DNA of 64,000 nt, taken from positions 31,776-95,775 of the forward strand of contig JAFGBM010000014.1 in the NCBI GenBank assembly GCA_016933155.1. Direction: 5' to 3'. The DNA comes from Demequinaceae bacterium (GTDB lineage: Bacteria; Actinomycetota; Actinomycetes; Actinomycetales; Demequinaceae). This document shows positions 51,518-61,591 of this stretch, one piece after another. Positions within the stretch are counted from its first letter, which is position 1. Each line of letters begins with the position of its first letter. The notes beneath the pieces are model-generated. The model did no database searches. It saw nothing but the letters and a program-made list of their open reading frames with translations, and had not been told where the DNA came from. A program made the translations under genes and the position numbers.

Positions 51518-53305
51518 CTAGGCGTACTGACGGGCCTGGAGCCCGTAGAGGTCCGCGTAGAGGCCGTCGAGGGCCATGAGCTCGTTGTGGGTTCCGGCCT
51601 CGACGATACGGCCGTCGCCGACGACCAGGATGAAGTCCGCCATGCGGACGGTCGAGAAGCGGTGGGAGACGAGCACCGTGATGGCCCCGGTGGCCTGGGC
51701 GACGCGACGCGCCCCGAGGGCGTACTGCTCGAAGAGGTTGTGCTCGGCCTGGGCATCGAGGGCGGACGTCGGCTCGTCGAGGAGGAGCAGGAGGGGGGAG
51801 ACTCGCATCATGGCGCGGCCGAGGGCGAGCTTCTGCCACTGTCCCCCGCTCAGGTCGGTCCCGGTGTCGAACGATTTCCCCACAAAGGTCTCAAGCCCGT
51901 CGGGCAGGCGCCGGAGGACGTCTTCGGCCCTGGCACGGTCGAGCGCGGCCCGGACGGCGTCCGGATCGTCGATGTCCCGCCGGGAGCCGATCCCGACGGT
52001 GTGCTGGGCCGCGAATTCGTACCTGGCGAAGTCCTGGAACCCCGCGGCGATCCTCTCCCGCCACTTGTCGATGGGGATGCGCCGGAGATCCGTGCCGTCA
52101 ACCTCGACGACGCCGGCGGTCGGCTCGTAGAACCGGCACAGCAGTTTGATGAGCGTGGACTTCCCGGCGCCGTTCTCGCCGACGATGGCGACGGTGGAAC
52201 CGGCGGGAATGATGAGGTCGACGTTCTCCAGCACGGGGGTTTCGGTCCCGGGGTAGGCGAAGGCGACGTCCTTGAACACGATGCCTTCCTTGAGGGACTC
52301 GGGCACGGAGGCGTCCTCAGCGACGGCCGGGGCATGCTCGACGACGGAGGCAATCCAGCGGATCTCGGCGAAAAGCGAGGAGGTCCTCTGGAGCCCCTGG
52401 AGGAAGCGGACGGCTGAGCTCACCTGGACGTTGACCTGACCCGCGAGGGTGACGACCATTAGAACCTCGCCCACGGAGGCGGAGCCGCGGACCGCGTCGC
52501 GAACCACCAAGAGCGTCGCCCCGACATAGGCGATGGCGAAGAAGATCTGGCCCGCTGCCCTGAGCAGGGTCGCCCTCATCTCGGCCTTGACCTCGATCTC
52601 GGAGGCGCGGTCCCATGCCCGACGTTGGCGTTCCCGCACCTGGACCTCGAGTCCGCAGGTGCGGACCTCCTTGATGGGGCCGGCGTCGCTGAGGAGGGCG
52701 AACATGTGGTTGGCCTGACGGGTGTCGGGGGCAGCCGTCCTTCGGGCGGCCGCGGCGAGGCTTTCCGCCCGGCGGCCCAGCAGGAGGGGCGGGATCGCGG
52801 CAATGGGAAGGAACAGAAGCCACGGCGTCATCTGGGCGAGCAGGAATCCCGTCACGGCCATGGCCAGGAGGATGGAGATGGTGCCGTAGGAGTTGAGAGT
52901 CGTGCCCCAGGCGGCGCGGTCGATTTCGCGGCGGATGACGGCGAGGCGGTCGGCGTGGTCGGCGCGCTCGTGGTGCTCGAGTCCGGTCGAGCCGTTCGTG
53001 AGTCTCGCGACCCTCCGGTCGAGGATCCCATTGCAGTCCTCGGCCGTCTTGAAGTAGAAGATGTGGGCGAAGTGTTCGGCGGTGAGGGACGCGATGACGA
53101 GCACGGCCGTGAAGACGGCCGCCGCGACGGCCGTGGAGGCATTCCCCGCGATCGACTCGTCGACGATGTCCCGGAGGGTGAGGGCCGCGACGGGAAGGGC
53201 GACGGGTTGAACGAGCATGAGGGTGAAGCCGACGATGAAGTTGAACCGTCCGGCCTCCCACGAGATCGCGAGGGCGTCCTTCATGCCCCGCCAGAGTTCT
53301 TTCAT
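51518..53305 (-). CDS. ABC exporter TMD-NBD, subunit B2 (paralog of B1)
   Basis: Start MKELWRG overlaps the A2 stop; GLEHHER shared with B1; GENGAGKST, LSGGQWQK, DEPTSALDAQAEHNLFE. Confidence 0.92.
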   Translation of the reverse strand: MKELWRGMKDALAISWEAGRFNFIVGFTLMLVQPVALPVAALTLRDIVDESIAGNASTAVAAAVFTAVLVIASLTAEHFAHIFYFKTAEDCNGILDRRVARLTNGSTGLEHHERADHADRLAVIRREIDRAAWGTTLNSYGTISILLAMAVTGFLLAQMTPWLLFLPIAAIPPLLLGRRAESLAAAARRTAAPDTRQANHMFALLSDAGPIKEVRTCGLEVQVRERQRRAWDRASEIEVKAEMRATLLRAAGQIFFAIAYVGATLLVVRDAVRGSASVGEVLMVVTLAGQVNVQVSSAVRFLQGLQRTSSLFAEIRWIASVVEHAPAVAEDASVPESLKEGIVFKDVAFAYPGTETPVLENVDLIIPAGSTVAIVGENGAGKSTLIKLLCRFYEPTAGVVEVDGTDLRRIPIDKWRERIAAGFQDFARYEFAAQHTVGIGSRRDIDDPDAVRAALDRARAEDVLRRLPDGLETFVGKSFDTGTDLSGGQWQKLALGRAMMRVSPLLLLLDEPTSALDAQAEHNLFEQYALGARRVAQATGAITVLVSHRFSTVRMADFILVVGDGRIVEAGTHNELMALDGLYADLYGLQARQYA

Positions 53306-55245
53306 GGGGTCACCGCCAGTTCGTCCTCGTCGCCTTCGACGTCGAGGCCCTCGCGGAAGCGTCGTGCCTGGAGTTCGAAGAGACGCCGGTAGTTGGTATC
53401 GCACGACATGAGTTCGTCGTGGGAGCCGGATTCGATGACCCTGCCCTGGTCGATGACGACGACGGTGTCGGCTCGACGCACGGACGAGAACCGGTGGGAG
53501 ATGAGGACGCTCGTGGCGCCCCGGGTGAGGTCGACGAACTGGTCGAAGAAGGCGGCCTCGGCCCGGACGTCGAGGGCGGCAGTGGGTTCGTCGAGCACGA
53601 GCAACCGGGCGCCCTTGGCGAGGGCGTAGAGGGACCGGGCGATGGCGATGCGCTGCCACTGCCCGCCGCTCAGGTCGATGCCCCTCTCGTACCCGCGGGA
53701 GAGCATGGTGTCGAGCCCGTCGGGGGCATCCTCGAGAGCCTCGTGGATGCCGGCCTTGCGGGCGGCCTCGACCACAGCCGCGCGGTCGACGGGATCGAAG
53801 GCCGCGCCCGTCGCGATATTGTCGGCCGCGCTGAACTCGAATCGCACGAAGTCCTGGAAGACCACCGAGAGCGTCCGTCTCCACTCGCGGGCGTCGATGT
53901 CGGAGATGTTGACGCCGTCGACGTAGATGCCTCCCGCCGTCGGTTCGTACAGCCGGGCGAGGAGCTTCATGAGCGTCGTCTTGCCGGCCCCGTTGACCCC
54001 GACGATGGCCGTCGTCTTTCCGGCCTCGAGCGTGAGGTTGAGCCCGGCGAAGATCTGCTCGTCGGCCCCGGGGTAGTGGAAGTCGAGGTCGCGGAACTCG
54101 ATGGAGTGCTGTGGCGCGCCCTCCGGGACGGGAAGCGTACCCCGAGGCGCGGTATCGTCCCGGCGGACGGTCGTCGCAACCTCACGGAGTGCCGTCAGGG
54201 CGTTCATCCCGAACTGGGTCGGAGGGTCGGATTCGGGATAGTCGCGGGCGAGGAGCAGGGCGCCGACGAGGGCCTGGAGTCCGAGGGTGAGGTCCTTGAG
54301 GCTCATGTCGCCCGCGACGAGTTCGCCCCCGGCGGCACGGTCGGCAAGCGACGTCAGGCCCCAGATCACCACGCCCAGGGCGATGGCCGTGTACACGAGG
54401 TAGGGCTTGAAGTAGATGCGGCGGCGTTCTTTGTCGACCGGGTCGTTGAAGGCGGAGTGGGTCTCCCTGTGGCGCTCCTCCAGCCACTTGTTCGAGCCGA
54501 AGACCCGGATCTCCTTGGCTGCCGTGGAGCCGATGGTGACGTCACGGAGGTAGAGCAGCCGACGGCGGATCCCGCTGTTCTTGCGCCAGATCGCCGAGTA
54601 TCGCCGGAGTCCGCCGCGGTTTCCCGTGCGGAGGATGATAACCGCGGCCGTCATGGCCAAGGCGATCCAGGAGCCGAAGATGAGCCAGACGATGACGAGC
54701 AGGCTGACCAGTTGGAGGTATCGCGCGGTCAGGTACAGGAGTCCGGCGGCGGCGAACCCGGGGGTGTGCCAGTTGTTCTCGAATCGGACCCGGGCCTCCG
54801 AGAATTTCCCCAGCGTTTCGGGGTCCTCGAGGGGGCCGATGCCGATCGAGGACGTGATCGCATCGACGGCCTGGTCCCGGACCAGCCCGTCGACCCGGCG
54901 TTGGATGCGGAGCCCGAGCATCGCCTGGACGGGGGCGAGGATCTGCTGGGCCATGAAGGCGGCCGCGGCGACGAGGAAGAGTTGGACGAGCCGGTCCCAG
55001 GCCGTCGATCCGATCCCGGCGTCCACGGCGGCGGGCACCCGGCCGATCATCTCGGCCGTCGCGACCATGAAGGCGATGGGCAGGGCGCCGAGGATGAGGT
55101 TGATGACGGTGATCCCGATGAGGGAGGGCCAGCCCGCCAGGGGGAGGATCTTGATGATCCTGACGCGGGCCATCACCGCGGCGTCCCAGTAGGTGGTCAG
55201 GCGGTCGCGGAGGGAGGGGCGGGGTTCGGGAGTATCGTCGCGCAT
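53302..55245 (-). CDS. ABC exporter TMD-NBD, subunit A2 (paralog of A1)
   Basis: IGRVPAAV, W.TPG, GNRGGLR, PTQFGM shared with A1; GVNGAGKTT, LSGGQWQR. Confidence 0.92.
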   Translation of the reverse strand: MRDDTPEPRPSLRDRLTTYWDAAVMARVRIIKILPLAGWPSLIGITVINLILGALPIAFMVATAEMIGRVPAAVDAGIGSTAWDRLVQLFLVAAAAFMAQQILAPVQAMLGLRIQRRVDGLVRDQAVDAITSSIGIGPLEDPETLGKFSEARVRFENNWHTPGFAAAGLLYLTARYLQLVSLLVIVWLIFGSWIALAMTAAVIILRTGNRGGLRRYSAIWRKNSGIRRRLLYLRDVTIGSTAAKEIRVFGSNKWLEERHRETHSAFNDPVDKERRRIYFKPYLVYTAIALGVVIWGLTSLADRAAGGELVAGDMSLKDLTLGLQALVGALLLARDYPESDPPTQFGMNALTALREVATTVRRDDTAPRGTLPVPEGAPQHSIEFRDLDFHYPGADEQIFAGLNLTLEAGKTTAIVGVNGAGKTTLMKLLARLYEPTAGGIYVDGVNISDIDAREWRRTLSVVFQDFVRFEFSAADNIATGAAFDPVDRAAVVEAARKAGIHEALEDAPDGLDTMLSRGYERGIDLSGGQWQRIAIARSLYALAKGARLLVLDEPTAALDVRAEAAFFDQFVDLTRGATSVLISHRFSSVRRADTVVVIDQGRVIESGSHDELMSCDTNYRRLFELQARRFREGLDVEGDEDELAVTP

Positions 55246-55347
55246 CGGGTTTTCAGGCTATCGCCGCCGTCTGACGTGAAAGCGCCATTTCGGATTGCGA
55301 CTGGGTAACGTTTCTGCCGCGCCGGGGTCTCGCTTCGGCGTTTCTGC

Positions 55348-56124
55348 CTATTCCGGAAGTCCAGCGAGGGTGAGGGCTGCTCCTGCTGCGGCGACGAGCG
55401 AGACGAACAGGGGGGTGTAGAGCCGGGTATCGCCCACCGCGAACGGTGTGGTGGTGACGGTCTTGAAGAACCCGATGTGTTTGAAGTCGCCGACTGACCG
55501 GAGGCTCGCGACGATGAGGGCCATGGCGGTGGCCCACCAGACCAAGGCGGGCGGCGAGAACCACGCCATGGTTGCCAAAAGAGCGCCAAGCGTTCCTGCG
55601 GCACCCGCGGGGATCAGGCAGGCAAAAGACCCAGGCTCCGCGAGGGGTTTGAGGGTTGCGGGATCCTCCGGGTAGGTGTGGGCCCTGAGCTTGTCCGAGC
55701 CGAGAGCCCACATGAGGTGAAGCACCGCGCCTCCTGCCGCGACCGCGACGCCAAGGGCCACGATCCCGAAGAGCACCACCCGGGGCAGGGCGTCGGCGGA
55801 GTCGAGGGCGTACAGTCCGGCGGTGAGGAAGAGCGGCCAGGCGAAGTGGCCGCGGAGGGTGACCAGCATCGCCGCGCCCGTGAGGAGGGCCACGGCCCCG
55901 ACCGCCGCCCCCACCGGCACTCCCAACAGAGCCGCGGCGAGGCCAAGCCAGGCCACGGAGACGGCGTGCCAGGCGAAGCGAAGAAGATGGTTGGCCATCC
56001 GGCGGGGAACCTTGATCCTCCAGTCGCGATTTTGCAGGAGGGGCTTGACGACCAGTGCCTCGCCCAACGCTGAGTGGGCCAGGGCAAGTGCGACAAGAAG
56101 GGAACCGGCGATCACATCGCTCAT
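55348..56124 (-). CDS. Multi-TM membrane protein (C-terminal DUF3995-like)
   Basis: AHSALGE, RFAWH; LHLMWALG...LRSVGDFKHIGFFK...FAVGDTRLYTPL. Confidence 0.7.
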   Translation of the reverse strand: MSDVIAGSLLVALALAHSALGEALVVKPLLQNRDWRIKVPRRMANHLLRFAWHAVSVAWLGLAAALLGVPVGAAVGAVALLTGAAMLVTLRGHFAWPLFLTAGLYALDSADALPRVVLFGIVALGVAVAAGGAVLHLMWALGSDKLRAHTYPEDPATLKPLAEPGSFACLIPAGAAGTLGALLATMAWFSPPALVWWATAMALIVASLRSVGDFKHIGFFKTVTTTPFAVGDTRLYTPLFVSLVAAAGAALTLAGLPE

Positions 56125-56771
56125 GAAGAGCCTCCAGACTCATTGCCTCGGCCGGTCCACACGTTGAGGACGGCCTTCCAATCTGCGCCGAGTTCGCGGA
56201 TGTTGCCCGTCGTGGTCCCGGCCCGCATGGTGATCGGGGGGAAGGTCCCCTCGGCGTCGAGGCCCGCCTGCTGACACAGCCAGGTGGCCCGGGCCACGTG
56301 GAACTCCTGAGTGACGACGACGACGGAATCGAGGCCGAGCGGCCCGGCGGCGTTCGCGCACGAGGCGAAGGTGTCGACGCCCTCGCGGTCGAGGATGATG
56401 GCTTCCTCCGGGACGCCCTGCGCCAGGGCGAGGTCCCGCATGGTCGCGGGCTCGTCGTAGCCGTCGGGTCGGGTCGCGCCGGTCATGACGATGACGTCGA
56501 CGAGGCCCCGCTCGTAGAGGTCCACGCCGAGGTCGACCCGCTCCTGGAGGAAGACGCTCGGCAGCCCGTCGTCCCCGACCTTCGCGCCGAGGACGAGGGC
56601 GGCGTCGGCGTGGTGGGGGGTCTCGTCGGAGGCGTAGATGTCCCCGACCGTGGCGAACCTGACATAGAGCCAGGGGCCCGCGACGACGGCCGGCACGAGG
56701 ACGACGGCGGCGACGAGCCACCGGTACCGGCGGCGGATCCTGGTCGGGGATAGCGAGCGCACGTGGATCAC
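56121..56771 (-). CDS. SanA/YdcF (DUF218, ElyC-like) protein, copy 1
   Basis: ALVLGA, LQERVD, YDEPATMR, GVP, GVDTFASC, VTQEFHVARA, IRE. Confidence 0.88.
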   Translation of the reverse strand: MIHVRSLSPTRIRRRYRWLVAAVVLVPAVVAGPWLYVRFATVGDIYASDETPHHADAALVLGAKVGDDGLPSVFLQERVDLGVDLYERGLVDVIVMTGATRPDGYDEPATMRDLALAQGVPEEAIILDREGVDTFASCANAAGPLGLDSVVVVTQEFHVARATWLCQQAGLDAEGTFPPITMRAGTTTGNIRELGADWKAVLNVWTGRGNESGGSS

Positions 56772-57388
56772 TCGCCCCTCCCGCCCAGGACGTCGGCGAG
56801 AGCCTTCCAACTGGCTCCGACCTCTCGAGCGATTCCTCGGAGGGTCCACCAGGTGGGCGACGGAGCCGGGTAGTACCCCTGGGTTTCTAGGCCGGCTCGT
56901 TGGCAGAGCCATGTCGCGCGGGCGACGTGATACTGCTGCGAGACGACGATGACGGACTGGGCGTGGTAGACCTCGTCGGCGCGTTGACATGATGTGAAGG
57001 TGTCGACACCGAGAGGATCGAGGACGATGGCCGACGCGGGGACACCCAGGGTAATCGCGTAGTCGCGCATGACGGTGGTTTCGTTCTGACCCGTAGTGCT
57101 GCTGTCCGTCCCCGACATGATCAAAGTATCGACCACGCCGCCACAAAAAAGTTCAGCACCGGCTTCGACGCGTTGCTCCAGTCGAGGCGACAGGCTGCCA
57201 TCCGCGTTCACGAGCGTTCCCAGGACGATGGCCGCGTCGGCAGAACGTGGCGTCTCCCCGGGGCCGTAGACGTCTCCCATCGTCGCGATCCCCAGGACTA
57301 GCCAAGGCCCTGCGACGACCGTCGGGATGAGGACGACGAGCGCGACGAGCCACCGATACCTACGGCGGATGCGGGTGGGGCCGAGCAC
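56768..57388 (-). CDS. SanA/YdcF (DUF218, ElyC-like) protein, copy 2
   Basis: AIVLGT, LEQRV, NETTVMR, GVP, GVDTFTSC, VSQQYHVARA, ARE. Confidence 0.88.
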   Translation of the reverse strand: MLGPTRIRRRYRWLVALVVLIPTVVAGPWLVLGIATMGDVYGPGETPRSADAAIVLGTLVNADGSLSPRLEQRVEAGAELFCGGVVDTLIMSGTDSSTTGQNETTVMRDYAITLGVPASAIVLDPLGVDTFTSCQRADEVYHAQSVIVVSQQYHVARATWLCQRAGLETQGYYPAPSPTWWTLRGIAREVGASWKALADVLGGRGE

Positions 57389-57461
57389 GAGTCGAGCCTA
57401 CCGGGCGGGCTGTCGGAGGGAGGTCGCCCAACCCGGAAAGGGAAAGGCGGGGTCCCCGAGG

Positions 57462-58160
57462 TCACTTCTTCGCAGCAAGCCGGTCGAACACAACCGCCAA
57501 CTCGGACGGGATGTCGGGACGGAGATGCCTGCCGTCGGTTCTCGTCACCTGCGTGACCTTGCCCTTCCTCCACCAGTACACCTGGGGGGATATCGGGGGC
57601 GACCCGTTCTTGAAGGCCACCCGGGCGGCGAGGGCGAGCGAGCGAAACCCTGTCGTGGCATACCGATCGGTGAGTACGTGAAACAGGAGGTTGTTCGGGT
57701 TGGGGATCGCGACGAGAGCCCCGTCGGGGTGCTTGCCGACGAGGTCGAGTTCGTCCTCGAGAATGCAGGCCCTGCTCGCGGTGTGCGAGGTCGTCCCGAA
57801 GACGGTGTGGATCGTCCCGCCGTCGCCCGGATCGGTGACGATCCGGTCCTCGACGGGATCGCGGCGGAGATTCGCGATAGCCGCCGTGCGGAGTTCAGCC
57901 GCACCAAGACGGGCGAGATCCCCGTCCGTGAGGACGACGGCGCCCTCGGGTGTCATCTGGACGAAGGCCTCCAGCGCCTGGTCGCCCCAGGGCGTGGCAT
58001 ACCGGAGGCTCCCGGTTTGGCCCTTGGGAATACTCGAGGCCGCGATCAACCGAGGGTAGACCCGTTCGAGGTTTCCCGGCCTGGAGGATGCCGACGTGGT
58101 GCCGAGCCCGATACTGGTGAAGCCGACGGAACGTGGGTTGCGACGAGTAAGGAGGCGCAT
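57462..58160 (-). CDS. Hypothetical protein (possibly DUF1444-like)
   Basis: AAIANLR, TASR, GALVAIP, PISPQVYWW; start trimmed to MRLLTRR. Confidence 0.6.
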   Translation of the reverse strand: MRLLTRRNPRSVGFTSIGLGTTSASSRPGNLERVYPRLIAASSIPKGQTGSLRYATPWGDQALEAFVQMTPEGAVVLTDGDLARLGAAELRTAAIANLRRDPVEDRIVTDPGDGGTIHTVFGTTSHTASRACILEDELDLVGKHPDGALVAIPNPNNLLFHVLTDRYATTGFRSLALAARVAFKNGSPPISPQVYWWRKGKVTQVTRTDGRHLRPDIPSELAVVFDRLAAKK

Positions 58161-58236
58161 GGTCGCATCCTTGCACCTCGTCTCGCGGAGGGAATCCACC
58201 TGGAGGATGATCCCTGGCGGGTTCATCGAGCCGGTT

Positions 58237-58491
58237 CTACCGGAGCGAGTGCCGCCAGGCTGCGTCGCCGCGGGCGAGTACACCCGTCCGCCGTCCCCGC
58301 AACGTGCGGCTCCGGTCCATCCAGGCCGACGTCGGGGAGGCGGCCTCCTCGCTCGCCCCCCGGGCCGCGACCATGGCGACCATGCCGGCAACCAGCGCAG
58401 CCAGCTCCTCCTCGTCGACGGATCCGCGCACGATCCTGAGTCCGGCGGCGAGTTCCCCCGCGTCCGGCGACCCCTGCCGCGGCCTCGTCAC
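58237..58491 (-). CDS. accE: Acyl-CoA carboxylase epsilon subunit
   Basis: [18 protein letters not shown]...SAW...AWRHSLR; overlaps the accD stop. Confidence 0.85.
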   Translation of the reverse strand: MTRPRQGSPDAGELAAGLRIVRGSVDEEELAALVAGMVAMVAARGASEEAASPTSAWMDRSRTLRGRRTGVLARGDAAWRHSLR

Positions 58492-60113
58492 AACGGGATG
58501 TTCCCGTGCTTCTTGGGCGGCAGGGCCGCGCGCTTGGTCCGGAGGGCCCGAAGGGCCCGTACTACCTGGGCGCGGGTCTCACTCGGTGCGATCACCGCGT
58601 CGACGTATCCGCGGTCGGCGGCGTCGTAGGGGTTGAGGAGCTCCTCCTCGTATTCGGCCACGAGTCTGGCGCGTTCGGCCTCGACGTCGCCCCCGTCCTC
58701 CTCGACCTTCTTGAGGGTCTTCCGCTGAAGGATGTTGACCGCCCCCGACGCCCCCATGACGGCAATCTGTGCCGTCGGCCAGGCGAGGTTGACGTCGGCC
58801 CCCAACTGCTTGGACGCCATGACGATGTAGGCCCCGCCATAGGCCTTGCGGGTGATGACGGTGACGAGCGGGACGGTCGCCTCCGCATACGCGTAGATGA
58901 GTTTGGCACCCCGACGGATGATGCCCTGCCACTCCTGGCCGGTTCCGGGCAGGAACCCCGGGACGTCGACGAAGGTCAGGACGGGAATGTTGAAGGCGTC
59001 GCAGGTCCGGACGAAGCGGGCGGCCTTCTCGGCGGCCGCAATGTCGAGCGTCCCGGCCATGGAAAGCGGCTGGTTGGCGACGATGCCGACGGAGTGCCCC
59101 TCGACGTGCCCGAAGCCGACGAGGACGTTCGGGGCATACAGGGGCTGGACCTCGAAGAATTCGCCCTCGTCGAGGACGGCCCCGACGACGGTCTTCATGT
59201 CGTACGGCTGGTTGTCGCTGTCGGGGACGAGGGAGTCGAGCGCGAGGTCCGTGTCCGAGGCTTCGAGATCGGCTTCCATGTCCCAGGATGGGGGATCGGT
59301 CAGGTTGTTCTCCGGAAGGTACTGAAGCAGGTGTTTGGCGTAGTCGATCGCATCGTCCTCGTCGGACGCCAGGTAGTGGGCGACCCCGGACTTGACGTTG
59401 TGTGTCTGCCCGCCGCCGAGCTCCTCGAATGTGACCTCCTCGTTGGTGACCGCCTTGATGACGTCCGGTCCCGTGATGAACATCTGGGAGGTTTCGGCGG
59501 CCATGATGACGAAATCGGTCAGGGCGGGGGAGTAGACGGCACCCCCGGCACTGGGGCCGAGGATGATGGAGATCTGGGGGATGACGCCAGAGGCGGCCAC
59601 GTTGCGGCGGAAGATCTCGGCGAACTGGGTGAGGGCGGCAACCCCCTCCTGGATGCGCGCGCCCCCTCCGTCGAGGAGGCCGATGATCGGCACCCCGGTC
59701 CGGAGGGCGAAGTCCTGGACCTTGGCGATCTTCTGGCCGTGAACCTCCCCGAGGGAGCCCCCGAAGACGGTGAAGTCCTGGGAGTACACCGCGACCTGGC
59801 GGCCGTCGATGGTGCCGTACCCGGTGACGACCCCGTCGCCGTACGGGCGTTTCTTCTCGAGGCCGAAATTGCGCGAGCGGTGCCGGGCCAGGGCGTCGAT
59901 CTCCGTGAACGAGCCGGGATCGAGGAGGAGGTCGATGCGCTCACGGGCGGTCTTCTTGCCCCGGCCATGCTGCTTCTTCTGCTTGTCCGGTTCCGGGTCG
60001 GTGACGGCCTCGGAGAGGCGCGACGTGAGCGCGTCAATCGCACCCTTGGTCGTCTTGACGGGTGGCTTGGGGTCCTTCGCCGCCGCCGATGTATCGGGCT
60101 TTTTCTGTGTCAC
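58488..60113 (-). CDS. accD: Acyl-CoA carboxylase beta (carboxyltransferase) subunit
   Basis: [55 protein letters not shown]. Confidence 0.95.
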   Translation of the reverse strand: MTQKKPDTSAAAKDPKPPVKTTKGAIDALTSRLSEAVTDPEPDKQKKQHGRGKKTARERIDLLLDPGSFTEIDALARHRSRNFGLEKKRPYGDGVVTGYGTIDGRQVAVYSQDFTVFGGSLGEVHGQKIAKVQDFALRTGVPIIGLLDGGGARIQEGVAALTQFAEIFRRNVAASGVIPQISIILGPSAGGAVYSPALTDFVIMAAETSQMFITGPDVIKAVTNEEVTFEELGGGQTHNVKSGVAHYLASDEDDAIDYAKHLLQYLPENNLTDPPSWDMEADLEASDTDLALDSLVPDSDNQPYDMKTVVGAVLDEGEFFEVQPLYAPNVLVGFGHVEGHSVGIVANQPLSMAGTLDIAAAEKAARFVRTCDAFNIPVLTFVDVPGFLPGTGQEWQGIIRRGAKLIYAYAEATVPLVTVITRKAYGGAYIVMASKQLGADVNLAWPTAQIAVMGASGAVNILQRKTLKKVEEDGGDVEAERARLVAEYEEELLNPYDAADRGYVDAVIAPSETRAQVVRALRALRTKRAALPPKKHGNIPL

Positions 60114-60151
60114 AGTAGGCAACCTCCTCGTGCTGCACATAGCCTAGTCGT

Positions 60152-61009
60152 GTGGGTGCCACCGACGAGTCGTTCATTGGGGAATCTCGGCGTCCGCTCG
60201 ACATCGCCCACCTCACCCGCACCCTCACCGCGCCCGTCGGCCCGCTCCCCAAGGTGACGGTCGTGAAGGCGAGCCCGTCGACGAACGCCGATCTCGTGGA
60301 GGGCTTGAAAGAGGGCGCCCAGTGGCCGCACTTGTCCGCCCTCGTCGCAGAATGGCAGACGGCGGGGCACGGACGGAGTGGGCGGTCGTGGGAGACGCCG
60401 AAGGGAACGGCTCTGACGGTCAGTTTCGTCGTCCGCCCTCGGGGTATCCCCAACGACAGGCTCGGCTGGGTGCCGCTCATCGCGGGGCTCGCCGTCGTCC
60501 GAACCCTCAAGCACGATGGGTTGGAGGCCAGCCTGAAGTGGCCGAATGACGTGCTCGTCATGGACCCGCTCAAACGTCGGCTCTCCGGATGGGGGCCAGC
60601 CCGGAAGGTCGCCGGGATCCTGTGCGAGGCCGTCGGGGAGGCGATCGTCGTGGGCATCGGGCTCAACGTGTCGCAGGAGGAGCAGGAGTTGCCGGTTCCC
60701 CATGCCATCTCGTTGGCCCTTGCCCAATCGACGAATCTCGACCGGGCCAGCCTCCTGGCGGGCATCGCCACGGAATTGGGGTCCCTCCTCTCGCTGTGGG
60801 AGTCCGAAGGCGGGGAGGGGTCGGTGCCTGCCGAGGTCGTCTCGGCGTGTGACACGATCGGCAGGGCCGTGGAGGTCGATCGGCCAGGAGGATCCCACCT
60901 GTCCGGGGTGGCGAAGGGGCTGTCCCCCGAGGGCGGGCTGATCGTCGAGATGGGCGCCGGTTGGGTGGAGACGGTGCTGGCCGGCGACGTCCAGCTTCGA
61001 GTCGAATAG
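60152..61009 (+). CDS. birA: Biotin--[acetyl-CoA carboxylase] ligase
   Basis: STN, QTAGHGRSGRSW, LKWPNDV, KVAGILCE, GIGLNV, AGDV. Confidence 0.93.
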   Translation: MGATDESFIGESRRPLDIAHLTRTLTAPVGPLPKVTVVKASPSTNADLVEGLKEGAQWPHLSALVAEWQTAGHGRSGRSWETPKGTALTVSFVVRPRGIPNDRLGWVPLIAGLAVVRTLKHDGLEASLKWPNDVLVMDPLKRRLSGWGPARKVAGILCEAVGEAIVVGIGLNVSQEEQELPVPHAISLALAQSTNLDRASLLAGIATELGSLLSLWESEGGEGSVPAEVVSACDTIGRAVEVDRPGGSHLSGVAKGLSPEGGLIVEMGAGWVETVLAGDVQLRVE

Positions 61010-61018
61010 GAGACCGGG

Positions 61019-61591
61019 TTGCGCATCGTCGACAGCACCAGGACCCTGGCCGCCAAGGTGGTCAACGTCCGCACTCAGCGGGTCTGGATGGCGGTCGTCC
61101 TCTCGATGGCGCTCTTCACGGCGCTGTTCTGGCTCATGGTCGCGGCGCGCCTGGGCACGCTCGAGCCCAGGGTCGAGGGATCGGGCGAAGGGTACGCGAC
61201 CGCCGTCGCCATCCTGTATTTCCTGATCTCGCTCGTCGGGGCGCCCGTGGCTGCTCACACCGTCGGCTACCTTCTGGAGCACCGGACGGAGGCCTGGAGC
61301 CGTGATGACGCCGTCGTCGCGTTCGCCGGGCTCGGCCTCGTCCTCGCGGCTCCGCCGGTTCTCATCCTGGCGGCGTCCGAGCCGGCAGGGGCCGCCCTCG
61401 GGCCGGCCATCTGGCTCTTCGGCCTTCCGGTGCTCCTGGCGACGACCTTCACCCGCTTCTTCATCGACAGTGTGATCCGATCCCAGCGTCTGACCCGCAT
61501 CGTGGCCGCCGTGGCCTTCCTCCCGCCGGTCATCGTCGTGTTCTTTCTCCTGGGCCTGTATGTGGCCAGGGGCTCGGGGCAGGGGCTTTAG
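61019..61591 (+). CDS. Hypothetical membrane protein (about 5 TM)
   Basis: Hydrophobic helices; AGGAG RBS before TTG. Confidence 0.65.
   Translation: MRIVDSTRTLAAKVVNVRTQRVWMAVVLSMALFTALFWLMVAARLGTLEPRVEGSGEGYATAVAILYFLISLVGAPVAAHTVGYLLEHRTEAWSRDDAVVAFAGLGLVLAAPPVLILAASEPAGAALGPAIWLFGLPVLLATTFTRFFIDSVIRSQRLTRIVAAVAFLPPVIVVFFLLGLYVARGSGQGL

Noticed and set aside
46792..55347. RiPP or secondary-metabolite cluster around the ABC exporters
   Set aside because: No precursor peptide, modifying enzyme or peptidase domain found; intergenic gaps are short and promoter-like.
55309..55348. CGTTTCTGCC direct repeat around a small hairpin as a target-site duplication
   Set aside because: The copies are only 30 nt apart and I saw no matching copy at the other end of the block.
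53419..60257. Long antisense ORFs (53419..55308, 58506..60257; likewise 44515..45906, 3580..4923)
   Set aside because: They mirror well-supported genes on the opposite strand.
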